Sequence record: OR529409.1
Strand: one strand, 5' to 3'
DNA length: 64,000 bases
Shown here one piece after another: positions 7,651 through 16,036 of the stretch. The position numbers and the translations under genes are program-made. The notes under the pieces were generated by a model. The model was not told the origin of the DNA and did no database searches. It saw nothing but the letters and a program-made list of their open reading frames with translations. Position 1 is the first letter of the stretch; the number at the start of each line of letters is the position of its first letter.

Positions 7651-7691
7651 TTAATTATGTCAGAACTAGATTTTTTCAGTTCTAAATTATG
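7651..7691 (+). promoter_or_regulatory. tandem candidate phage-RNAP promoters upstream of phuZ
   Basis: TTAATTATG 7651-7659 and TAAATTATG 7683-7691; the same 9-mer is at 36397-36405; the TATG core resembles the phiKZ nvRNAP late-promoter start motif. Confidence 0.4.
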
Positions 7692-7757
7692 GTAATGTAA
7701 AGCAAAAGATAATGCTTTCCATTCCAACTATCATAATTTCTTTTAGGAGCTAGATCA

Positions 7758-8720
7758 ATGAGTACATTACGTGTTTACGCGTGCGGCGGTACTGGTATTA
7801 ATATCGCGTCTAAATGGATTGCCACCGGTGCGAATACGCTTATTCGTAAAGCCCAGTTCATCGGACTGGATAGCAGTGAAAACAACAAACCGTATAATGA
7901 CGCCTTTAAGGTCGAACGTCCTGAAGGAACTCGTGGCGGCGGTAAGGAACGTAAGCTGATCGGTAAAATTGCCGCCGGGTTTATTGACAGTATTTTGACC
8001 AAACATAAACCGGGCGATTTCAACCTGATCATCATGAACGCGGCAGGCGCTACCGGGAGTACGTTCGGCCCGACTCTGATCAATCGTCTCCTCTCCCAGG
8101 GGGTCCCTGTCATCGCCCTGGTCGTAGGCGACCTGACCTCGGAACTGGAAAACTACAACACAGTTAAAACGTTTGAAAGCCTGGACAACCAGCGCATCAA
8201 TCTGAACGTACCGGTTATCATCGACTACGTGGACAACGCCAAATATCCCAGCCGCGGATTGGCCGACAAATACGCCATCGGCCGTCTTGATATCCTGAGC
8301 CTGTTCTTAACCGACGAACATGAAGAAAGTGATTTCCAAGACATCCGGAACCTGTTCTATTACAACCAGGTTACCAAGGCGGCACCTACTCTTGCTCGTA
8401 TCGACTTCTTGACCGATACTCAGTTAGACAACGTTACTCCAGGCCTGGTTGCTGAATTTGGTTTGTATCGTAAAGCGGACGACATCGGCAGCCATATTAA
8501 AAATCTGGCATACCGTTCGACCGGCGTTATTCAGGAAGGTAGCACTAACTTCCCGGCTGGAATAGAACATCTCCACATGGTCTTTGATCATGATGCGACG
8601 ATCAAAGATATCCTGGTTCTGGTTCAGGATCTTAAAGATATCGAGATCCAAAATAACGAACGTTTTAAATCTGCCCAGCAGGTTGGAAACGGCGGTGATG
8701 ATTCCGGAATGTCCTACTAA
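7758..8720 (+). CDS. phuZ: PhuZ phage tubulin
   Basis: RVYACGGTGINI N-terminal tubulin/FtsZ motif, GTRGGGK, T4-loop-like AAGATGSTFGP; 320 aa; jumbo-phage context. Confidence 0.93.
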   Translation: MSTLRVYACGGTGINIASKWIATGANTLIRKAQFIGLDSSENNKPYNDAFKVERPEGTRGGGKERKLIGKIAAGFIDSILTKHKPGDFNLIIMNAAGATGSTFGPTLINRLLSQGVPVIALVVGDLTSELENYNTVKTFESLDNQRINLNVPVIIDYVDNAKYPSRGLADKYAIGRLDILSLFLTDEHEESDFQDIRNLFYYNQVTKAAPTLARIDFLTDTQLDNVTPGLVAEFGLYRKADDIGSHIKNLAYRSTGVIQEGSTNFPAGIEHLHMVFDHDATIKDILVLVQDLKDIEIQNNERFKSAQQVGNGGDDSGMSY

Positions 8721-8729
8721 GTAAAACAA

Positions 8730-8777
8730 TACTGCTACAGCCCTTCTATGGGGCTGTAGCAGTAGTTCTTTATTTTT
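8730..8777 (+). terminator. intrinsic terminator after phuZ
   Basis: TACTGCTACAGCCC/GGGCTGTAGCAGTA stem followed by a T-rich tract. Confidence 0.85.
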
Positions 8778-8834
8778 TGCATCTATCTATAGGTCTAATT
8801 AAAAAGTCGCTTATAAACCTTTACAGGAAGCTTT

Positions 8835-9140
8835 ATGATAAAAACAACCAGAGTGGTTAAAACGTTGAGTTTTCGCGAATATCATTCTGTGATACTTAAT
8901 GTCGATAGTAACGTTGCTACAGCAGAAAGGTTGCTCCTCAAGGAGGCTTTAATCGAACACGGTTATCAGATCGACGACGGGTTACCCGAGAGCTATCCTT
9001 ATTATCCAGAATCACTAAGGGAATTCAGAGATATGTTGAAGACCAGTATCGGACACATGACTTTGGGAATTCCCACGAACGCCAAGGTCGAATACATCAG
9101 TCCTACACTTGGACTCTTCAATATCATTTTTACTTACTAA
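8835..9140 (+). CDS. hypothetical protein
   Basis: ORF with AGGAAG RBS. Confidence 0.7.
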   Translation: MIKTTRVVKTLSFREYHSVILNVDSNVATAERLLLKEALIEHGYQIDDGLPESYPYYPESLREFRDMLKTSIGHMTLGIPTNAKVEYISPTLGLFNIIFTY

Positions 9141-9156
9141 CAGCAGGTGAGCTAAT

Positions 9157-9729
9157 ATGTACTCAGTGGGATCGGAATGGCTTAAGGACCAAATTTTAAC
9201 ATTTGGTTATTCAGTAGAAGAAACTTCCGACGGGGACCCGAAGCAGTTAACGAGTTTTATTCGACCTATTATCGATGGTGTGGTCGAAGCGTTGAATGCG
9301 GACGACCCCGATGACATCTGGGATATTATCAGACGTTTTGAGCGGGCAATGGCAGGCAACCATGCCGTCGAGCACATCTTTAACTACCTTACTACTAACG
9401 TAAGAAAGATGGCTAAACAATCTGGTTACGACCCTAGGGTTAAGTTTAGAGTCAGAGAAGTCAAAGCGGGACGCCGGATAAATTTCATTTTTGAAATGGA
9501 TCTCGACGCAACAATAGCAGCGGTTAATTCTCTTAATCAAGAAATACTCGAAGAAGAAGATCTCGATGAAATTGTTTCCGATCACCCAGGAGTTGACGTA
9601 CTTCAAAAACTTGAAAACGTTAGGAAAAGGGAACTACAAGAAAAACTTAATTCCTTTACACGAAATGTACTCGGAGTTCGTGTCGTCCCAGCGGGAGCTA
9701 GCCGACGTTACCTTAATAAAGGAGTCTGA
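9157..9729 (+). CDS. hypothetical protein
   Basis: ORF with AGGTGAG RBS. Confidence 0.7.
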   Translation: MYSVGSEWLKDQILTFGYSVEETSDGDPKQLTSFIRPIIDGVVEALNADDPDDIWDIIRRFERAMAGNHAVEHIFNYLTTNVRKMAKQSGYDPRVKFRVREVKAGRRINFIFEMDLDATIAAVNSLNQEILEEEDLDEIVSDHPGVDVLQKLENVRKRELQEKLNSFTRNVLGVRVVPAGASRRYLNKGV

Positions 9730-10081
9730 CCTAGAAATCGTTTTTGGTGGATTGATACAGTACGTTATGGATGAGTTCCCCTTGTCTACTCAGTGTATAA
9801 CTTTTGATCAAACCTCTTTCGATAAAAGGATAGCGAGAAAACATTATTCTTCGGAAGTACTCGAGGAAATATTGGACGCAATGAAATGTGTAATAGCTAA
9901 ACATATTTATGCGCTCACTCCTAACACTTTAATTAGAAAGCCAGTGTTCTATCATCTGATTAATACTCGCGTATTGGCAATCCTTATAAGTGATTACGAT
10001 CTAAGAGAGCCCGACCATGCATCGTATCCTCGTTCCAGTAAAACCCATCGCAGACGCAATGACGACTTTCCAACTCCCTGA
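9566..10081 (+). CDS. hypothetical protein; true start probably downstream of 9566
   Basis: Fills the gap in the operon; 5' part overlaps the upstream gene. Confidence 0.55.
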   Translation: MKLFPITQELTYFKNLKTLGKGNYKKNLIPLHEMYSEFVSSQRELADVTLIKESDLEIVFGGLIQYVMDEFPLSTQCITFDQTSFDKRIARKHYSSEVLEEILDAMKCVIAKHIYALTPNTLIRKPVFYHLINTRVLAILISDYDLREPDHASYPRSSKTHRRRNDDFPTP

Positions 10082-10385
10082 GATTGGTGCGATGTCACAT
10101 AACCAGTTATTAGAAATGATTGTGAAATTGAGCTTAGAAGCTCGTTTTAAATCTTACGGACTTTCTGGTGCGATTGATATCATCAAGGATTTAATCTACG
10201 CGTTTAAACCAAAGGATTCAGTCCCGGACATCCTATTGGGTTTTTACCTTCTCCCGGGAATGGTCGCATTAACGGAAGAAATGACTGCGATTGAGAAAGC
10301 CAGGGATGTTTTCGGATGGGACCTTTATTGTCCTAACATGAAGTCACAACATATTGTCGTCTATGCGGGAGAACCACGTGCCTAA
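10017..10385 (+). CDS. hypothetical protein (start uncertain)
   Basis: ORF in a tightly packed operon. Confidence 0.6.
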   Translation: MHRILVPVKPIADAMTTFQLPEIGAMSHNQLLEMIVKLSLEARFKSYGLSGAIDIIKDLIYAFKPKDSVPDILLGFYLLPGMVALTEEMTAIEKARDVFGWDLYCPNMKSQHIVVYAGEPRA

Positions 10386-10710
10386 GATAACTATTCAACT
10401 TTCAATACCGCCGGGAACCGATGTGGAAGGATTTGTTTCTGCATATGGCAGTCTCTTAAGAGCACATCGGGTTAAATGTAATATCCCTAGTCAGGATGTT
10501 CAGCTTAACCATCCGTTGGAAGAAGCCCGGGAACAAATTCTGGGAGACTTCCAACGTACCAACTCCCAGCTTCAGTCGATCAGTGCTAAATACGCAGACG
10601 TCTCGGTGTCCAATGTTCTTTCAGACGGGCGCAAGATGACTATCATTTTAGCGTGCGACAAACCCAATAGTGAGTTCATCAATGCGGATTTCTCACACCA
10701 GTCTCAATGA
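10354..10710 (+). CDS. hypothetical protein (start uncertain)
   Basis: ORF in a tightly packed operon. Confidence 0.6.
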   Translation: MSSMRENHVPKITIQLSIPPGTDVEGFVSAYGSLLRAHRVKCNIPSQDVQLNHPLEEAREQILGDFQRTNSQLQSISAKYADVSVSNVLSDGRKMTIILACDKPNSEFINADFSHQSQ

Positions 10711-10999
10711 AGAAGCTTTCCTGGAGGCTATCAAACAAATTTATTTGAGAGATGACCCCCTTCCTTCTGATCAGACAATTTACGAAGTCGTTTCCGAATG
10801 GGTTGATGATCTCTTTCAAAATGGTCATGTGGAAGAAGATGTCATTGACCTTTTTCTAGATGGGCTCCCACCCACAGAGCTTTTGAAATCCGTAACGGTA
10901 CATCCTCTTTTTAGGAAGCGGGTAGTTTATTCCGTTAATCCTTTAAATGGTATGACTGAAACTGTGGGGTTCCCCTTAATCATTCTGGAGTACGTATGA
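10670..10999 (+). CDS. hypothetical protein
   Basis: ORF; ATGA overlap with the next gene. Confidence 0.6.
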   Translation: MSSSMRISHTSLNEEAFLEAIKQIYLRDDPLPSDQTIYEVVSEWVDDLFQNGHVEEDVIDLFLDGLPPTELLKSVTVHPLFRKRVVYSVNPLNGMTETVGFPLIILEYV

Positions 11000-11409
11000 C
11001 CATTAGTGTGAAGAACGGGGATATTGTTAGTTTTTCCCTGGTACAAGCAAACATCATCAACAACGATTACACCAACGTAACCGTATTAGGCCAAGGAATG
11101 TTCGACGTTGCTCGGGGAATTGATCCGGAGCTTCGCAATAAACATTACAACCTTTATCCGTATTTCAAGGATAAAGTTAACAACGTGGACGATCCTAACT
11201 ATGCGGATGGTTATCTGATCTTAAAGCTATCCAACGGTGAGCTCAGCGCAATTGGGGTGCCTTGGATCAACGAAGATACCTTTGAGGTCATCAGCGGAGA
11301 AACCCGTGTTTACACATTCCCTACCTGGAAAAGTAAATATGAGTCAAGTCTGCATGAGCTCTTGGCTAACCTCGGCGTCGAATATTCCTATACCAGTACC
11401 AAAAAATAA
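10996..11409 (+). CDS. conserved hypothetical protein preceding the DNA polymerase gene
   Basis: GGAG RBS, ATGA overlap, terminator follows. Confidence 0.7.
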   Translation: MTISVKNGDIVSFSLVQANIINNDYTNVTVLGQGMFDVARGIDPELRNKHYNLYPYFKDKVNNVDDPNYADGYLILKLSNGELSAIGVPWINEDTFEVISGETRVYTFPTWKSKYESSLHELLANLGVEYSYTSTKK

Positions 11410-11412
11410 ACC

Positions 11413-11452
11413 GTTACTCTCATCCCATTAGGGATGAGAGTAACCTCTTTTA
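11413..11452 (+). terminator. intrinsic terminator
   Basis: 14-bp stem GTTACTCTCATCCC/GGGATGAGAGTAAC, loop ATTA, T-rich tail. Confidence 0.85.
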
Positions 11453-11528
11453 TTATTATTTTTTTATTGTCATTCCTTTTTATTAGACGAAAACAATTTT
11501 AAATTTTAAAGTGAAACGGAGCTTAAAG

Positions 11529-13613
11529 ATGACTGAGACTTTTTTAAGTCCGTTTGTTGATGACGATTACAGTGCCGATAGGAATATCGTTAAACACTAT
11601 CATGAACAAATGGCTTTGTATCTTGGTAAAAAGCGCAATGAAGATCCTAAAGCTATTTACGAAGTACTTTCTAAACACATCCAGCCCAATCAAAACGGTT
11701 ATAAAGATCGTCGTATGCAGGTTTTAGTAAAAAACAAGTACGGCGATAGAGAAGTTAAAGTCATGACGGCGTCTAATTTCTTTAATGAAGTTAGACGTCA
11801 GAACTGCCATCTTAGCCCAAGTATGGTTGCTTACAAGAACACTGAAGAAGAGCAATCCGTTAACGCGATAGGAACAGAAAAATTTCTTAGCCTTCGGTCT
11901 CACTACAAGGGGTTAAAACAAAAGGCCAGTGACGAAGGTGATGAATGGGGTAAGAAGGCTTTCCACGAAATTCAAAACGCCTTGAAAATATTCAACAACG
12001 CTCAATCAGGCGCAATGTCATCCCGTGGGACTCCTCTTGTTAATAAGTCAGGTCATACTGCTCTGACTAGTGCTTGCCGTGCTTTGACCAGTACCGCTAA
12101 CATGTGTAATGAAAAGTTATTGGTCGGTAACCGATTCTTTAACTCGTACGAGCGAACGATGGAGAACTTACTGTCGTTACTCTCGGTTACTGATATGAAG
12201 CGAATGGACGAAGTCATCAAGAAACTGAAGATGAACTACGCGACCATAGACCAGGTTATGGAAATGGTCAAACGTTGTTCTCGTCGGTATTGGAGAGACG
12301 TTAAACAGCTCGGTTACATTAAAGAGTTTTTGGAACAACTTCGTCCGGTTGAATTAACGGCTTTGCTTTGCAATATGGATATCGAGGGATTGAGGGTTAC
12401 GAATAAAGAAATCCTTTATAAATTCTTTGATGACTTCTCTCATATACCGGAAGTTCCAGAAGGCGCTAAAGCTGAAGATTATACTCCGCCTGATAACGGG
12501 GACCGATACACACTTTGTGTTTCTAAACTCTTAGCGAAACCAAGCAAAGTTCAGTTAAACTTTTTAAACCAGTATCATCTGGAAATGGAACATAAATGGA
12601 AAGACTTTATTGAAGTCTTCTTTAAATGCTCCATTCCTCCATCGGGCATTTATGAAATCAGGGATATGATCCGAGAGGTAGTTCAAACCTCAGATACCGA
12701 TTCCTCGATTTACACCGTAGATAAAGTCGTAGAGGATTACACCGACGAAAAAGGACAATCGTTGAGATTGAATGGGGTCCTTACTTACTTCATTCGAATG
12801 ATAGCGGTTCATCAGCACGCTCAGTTAAGTGAAAACATGAACGTTGCTAAACGCTACCGTAATCGTCTGACGATGAAGAACGAGTACCTGTTTGGAGGAT
12901 ACGTTACAACATTAATGTCAAAACACTATTTTGCCACACAGCTGATGGTAGAAGGGGTATTGAATAAAAATGTTGAAATGGAAATTAAGGGTGTTCACTT
13001 AAGGAGTTCTAAAGTAGCTCATGAGATAAAGGATTTTGCACACAAACTCATGAGGGAGATATTGGATTGTATTTATGACAAACGTCAAATGGATGCAGCC
13101 GATATTCTCTTTAGAGCAGCAGAGTTAGAAAGGGCCATCATTAAGGATATCAACGAAGGCCAATGGGGTTGGTTAACACGCAACACCATAAAAAGTGATG
13201 ACGTGTACACATTGCCGGATCAATCTGTGTATCAATACCACTTACTCTGGGAAGAAGTGTTCTCTCCTAAATACGGGCATGCGCCACCACCGCCCTATTC
13301 TGCTATGAAAGTTAACCTTTATTTAGGTAATAAAGGTAAGGTCGAAGAGTTTTGTAAGGATCTGGAAGACAGAGAACTTGCAAATCGTTTATTAGATTTC
13401 TTCGTTAAGAAAGAGAAAAAAGAAATCAGTACTTTCTTTGTTCCTGCTGACGTATTACCAAGATTAGGTAAATTACCCGATGAAGTTATTAAAGCCGCGG
13501 ATATCCGACAGATCATTAAACAGAACTTGAAATCTGTTTATGCTGTTTTGGAAGCCTGTGGTTTGTATATCGTAAACGATAAAATAACGCGTTTAATTAG
13601 TGACGAGCATTAA
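11529..13613 (+). CDS. split family-B DNA polymerase, C-terminal catalytic subunit (phiKZ gp50-like)
   Basis: Motif C QTSDTDSSIY, motif B-like LKIFNNAQSG, and KHY..KGV downstream; GGAG RBS before ATG 11529. Confidence 0.85.
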   Translation: MTETFLSPFVDDDYSADRNIVKHYHEQMALYLGKKRNEDPKAIYEVLSKHIQPNQNGYKDRRMQVLVKNKYGDREVKVMTASNFFNEVRRQNCHLSPSMVAYKNTEEEQSVNAIGTEKFLSLRSHYKGLKQKASDEGDEWGKKAFHEIQNALKIFNNAQSGAMSSRGTPLVNKSGHTALTSACRALTSTANMCNEKLLVGNRFFNSYERTMENLLSLLSVTDMKRMDEVIKKLKMNYATIDQVMEMVKRCSRRYWRDVKQLGYIKEFLEQLRPVELTALLCNMDIEGLRVTNKEILYKFFDDFSHIPEVPEGAKAEDYTPPDNGDRYTLCVSKLLAKPSKVQLNFLNQYHLEMEHKWKDFIEVFFKCSIPPSGIYEIRDMIREVVQTSDTDSSIYTVDKVVEDYTDEKGQSLRLNGVLTYFIRMIAVHQHAQLSENMNVAKRYRNRLTMKNEYLFGGYVTTLMSKHYFATQLMVEGVLNKNVEMEIKGVHLRSSKVAHEIKDFAHKLMREILDCIYDKRQMDAADILFRAAELERAIIKDINEGQWGWLTRNTIKSDDVYTLPDQSVYQYHLLWEEVFSPKYGHAPPPPYSAMKVNLYLGNKGKVEEFCKDLEDRELANRLLDFFVKKEKKEISTFFVPADVLPRLGKLPDEVIKAADIRQIIKQNLKSVYAVLEACGLYIVNDKITRLISDEH

Positions 13614-13616
13614 ACT

Positions 13617-13649
13617 CTACTCCTACTCCCGATAAGGGAGTAGGAGTAG
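13617..13649. terminator. bidirectional terminator
   Basis: CTACTCCTACTCCC/GGGAGTAGGAGTAG 14-bp stem between convergent genes. Confidence 0.8.
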
Positions 13650-13659
13650 TTATTATGAA

Positions 13660-14655
13660 TTAAAGTGGGGAACAGCCCTTAATAGTTTTAGCAATAGAAG
13701 AGATCGTATCCATAAACTCGTTCGTGTTACTTATAATGCTTGAACAAAGTTTAAGAATATTCTTAAGTCCATCGATAAAGGGTTTGTCCAATTGTTTATC
13801 CAGATCATTCCCTTTGTTCATTTCTTCTTCTAATTTATGAATTTTCTTTTCAAGATCAGATTTAGACGATTTGATATTTTCTAAGTTATTGGAAATTGCG
13901 TTAATGAACGATGAGGAATGTGACAAGAATGTGGAAGCCGAGTTGAGGTCTTTAATCCCAGCCACTTCCTTTTTAGCCTGAACCATTCCGTTTAAAACAG
14001 GTTGGGAGCCCTGAACCAACGCAGATATTTTTCTACTGATGGTCTCCCCGTATCCTTCGGGAGTAATGGCCGGAGATTCCACTTTCTTAATTTTTTCAAG
14101 CTGATCTAAAAAGCCGGCATGAAGAGATTCAAGTTTTTTGCTTTGCTTGTCAAAAGAGCTAGACTGTTCCGCATTAAATTCAAAAACTTTCTTAGCGACT
14201 TCTTTTACGCTGGCGGCCGGGACGACGTTAATCCCATTACGTTTAAGGATGTTCCTTAATTCTTCCTTTCGCTGGGCTGCCTGCTGACCTGTTTTAGATG
14301 AGATCTTTTCGACCATTGCGTTGGCTTGAGCCAGAGTCATCTCCGGAGGAGACTGGACTTCTTTAATGGTCTCTTGGGCTTCTTTAACCTCTGTTTTGAC
14401 CGCTTCAACTTTCTTCTTAGAAGATCCCCCGAATACCCAATCGAAGATCTTTTTAAACATCCCTTTAATGTACTCCCACGCTTTCTTTATTCCGTCTGAG
14501 ACGGTATCTGCAAACCCTTCGTTACCAGAAACAAACGTATTGCTGGGTTCGTTAGCCCAAAGTACACCGCCTAAGTAACGTGAAGCGTACGTTTCATTCC
14601 CGCTGATGCGGTCATACAACCCGTTGAAAACGAGTTCAATGTGATCGTTGTTCAT
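13660..14655 (-). CDS. inner-head/ejection-type virion protein
   Basis: SGNE motif followed by the amphipathic helix GFADTVSDGIKKAWEYIKGMFKKIFDWVFG, shared with the head-protein paralogs at 47-62 kb. Confidence 0.65.
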   Translation of the reverse strand: MNNDHIELVFNGLYDRISGNETYASRYLGGVLWANEPSNTFVSGNEGFADTVSDGIKKAWEYIKGMFKKIFDWVFGGSSKKKVEAVKTEVKEAQETIKEVQSPPEMTLAQANAMVEKISSKTGQQAAQRKEELRNILKRNGINVVPAASVKEVAKKVFEFNAEQSSSFDKQSKKLESLHAGFLDQLEKIKKVESPAITPEGYGETISRKISALVQGSQPVLNGMVQAKKEVAGIKDLNSASTFLSHSSSFINAISNNLENIKSSKSDLEKKIHKLEEEMNKGNDLDKQLDKPFIDGLKNILKLCSSIISNTNEFMDTISSIAKTIKGCSPL

Positions 14656-14664
14656 TTAATTTTC

Positions 14665-15777
14665 CTATTTAGAAAGTTTATTTTGTTTTAACATGGCGGT
14701 GACTTGTTCTAGATATTGCACTTGCAACGGACCTGGAACGAAATGCTTAATCATTCCTTTGATATCCTGCCTAGCCCAAACATCGATATGACCATTGACC
14801 GTCCCCATTGCGTTGAAGCTTTTATTATTGAGCGCCAAACTAAGTGTCAATAGCTTCATTATTGGGAATTGCCAAATGGCGTTTGTTTGACTATATCGAT
14901 TGTATCTCTTCGCATCTACAATGAGAGGGTTGACATCCATCGTCATAAAGTCGCCTATTCTCTGTATGACGTGTTCAGGAGAATAGCTCGGTGTTAGCGT
15001 TAAAGTCTCGACCAAGAAGGTTAAGAATCCTTTGAGTAATTCACCCACTGGATTGATATTGAACTCCCCCTTGACTACCGTTAATTGGTCGTCGATATTC
15101 TCACCGTTGACTACGACGTTATAGAGCGAATTGAATACACTCAATTGATGCTGCAAACACCTTGCGTTGATTAGAGGAGTGCCGGCTAAATAACGATGAG
15201 GACCTAATCCAGTTTCTGATCCTTCAGCTAACCGTTCGTTAAGGTAACGCCAATACCCTATACCCAAAGCCGTGATATCCACCCCTATTACTGCGAACCC
15301 GCCATAATTCATCGGATCGTTTTTGAGCGAAGTGGTATTAGTGTAACGGATGTCCGTCTCGGTGCTAATCAGCGGGATGATGCTGCAAATGTCTCTTTCG
15401 TCTAAATCGAAATAATCGTCGAGGTTATCTTTAGCCGGATAAGAGACCAACATTTCAGTTAACCCATTTCCGTACATCACGTTTTGTTTTACGACGCCTT
15501 TATTGTATATAGACGTGATTCCGATAGTGGACGCCCAACTATCTACCTGCATCTCGATCATTGCTTTAAGGTAGGTGGGATCCCATTCAGGTTGAATGTT
15601 CATTAATGAAAGTAGCTGAACCAAAGGATGTTGGTTCTGTAAAACGTAGGTGGTATTGTCGTTCCGTGCGATCCACTGATTACGATTAAAATCCAAGATA
15701 CGTATTACATTACTGAGCCTACCATATTTATAGACGGCAGGACGATGATCGGTTGTTATTAATTTTAAAGGTTTCAT
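14665..15777 (-). CDS. conserved phiKZ-like virion structural protein (370 aa)
   Basis: Long ORF divergent from chimallin; synteny inference. Confidence 0.6.
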   Translation of the reverse strand: MKPLKLITTDHRPAVYKYGRLSNVIRILDFNRNQWIARNDNTTYVLQNQHPLVQLLSLMNIQPEWDPTYLKAMIEMQVDSWASTIGITSIYNKGVVKQNVMYGNGLTEMLVSYPAKDNLDDYFDLDERDICSIIPLISTETDIRYTNTTSLKNDPMNYGGFAVIGVDITALGIGYWRYLNERLAEGSETGLGPHRYLAGTPLINARCLQHQLSVFNSLYNVVVNGENIDDQLTVVKGEFNINPVGELLKGFLTFLVETLTLTPSYSPEHVIQRIGDFMTMDVNPLIVDAKRYNRYSQTNAIWQFPIMKLLTLSLALNNKSFNAMGTVNGHIDVWARQDIKGMIKHFVPGPLQVQYLEQVTAMLKQNKLSK

Positions 15778-15922
15778 TGTAGTCCTGTTAGTAACTCAGT
15801 ATTATGTTATTACATATATCTATTATATGTAAACAAACACACCTCTCCGAAAGGAGGGGAGACCAATGCCGCGGAGTAAAAATCCGTTAAGCATAAAATC
15901 GATCAGTTTTTACCACCCCTAA

Positions 15923-15959
15923 ATAATTTCAGACCGATATTATTTAGGTAGATAAACAA
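15923..15959 (+). promoter_or_regulatory. candidate early (virion-RNAP) promoter of chimallin
   Basis: ATAATT-N8-ATATTAT-N3-GGT-N2-ATAAACAA; same layout at 21148-21184; ATATTAT resembles the phiKZ early promoter TATATTAC. Confidence 0.6.
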
Positions 15960-16036
15960 CACAAATGTTTATCTGTTTTGATCAAACTTAATAACATCCC
16001 CCTTTATAAAAAGCTAATAGCTATTAGGAGTTAAGA

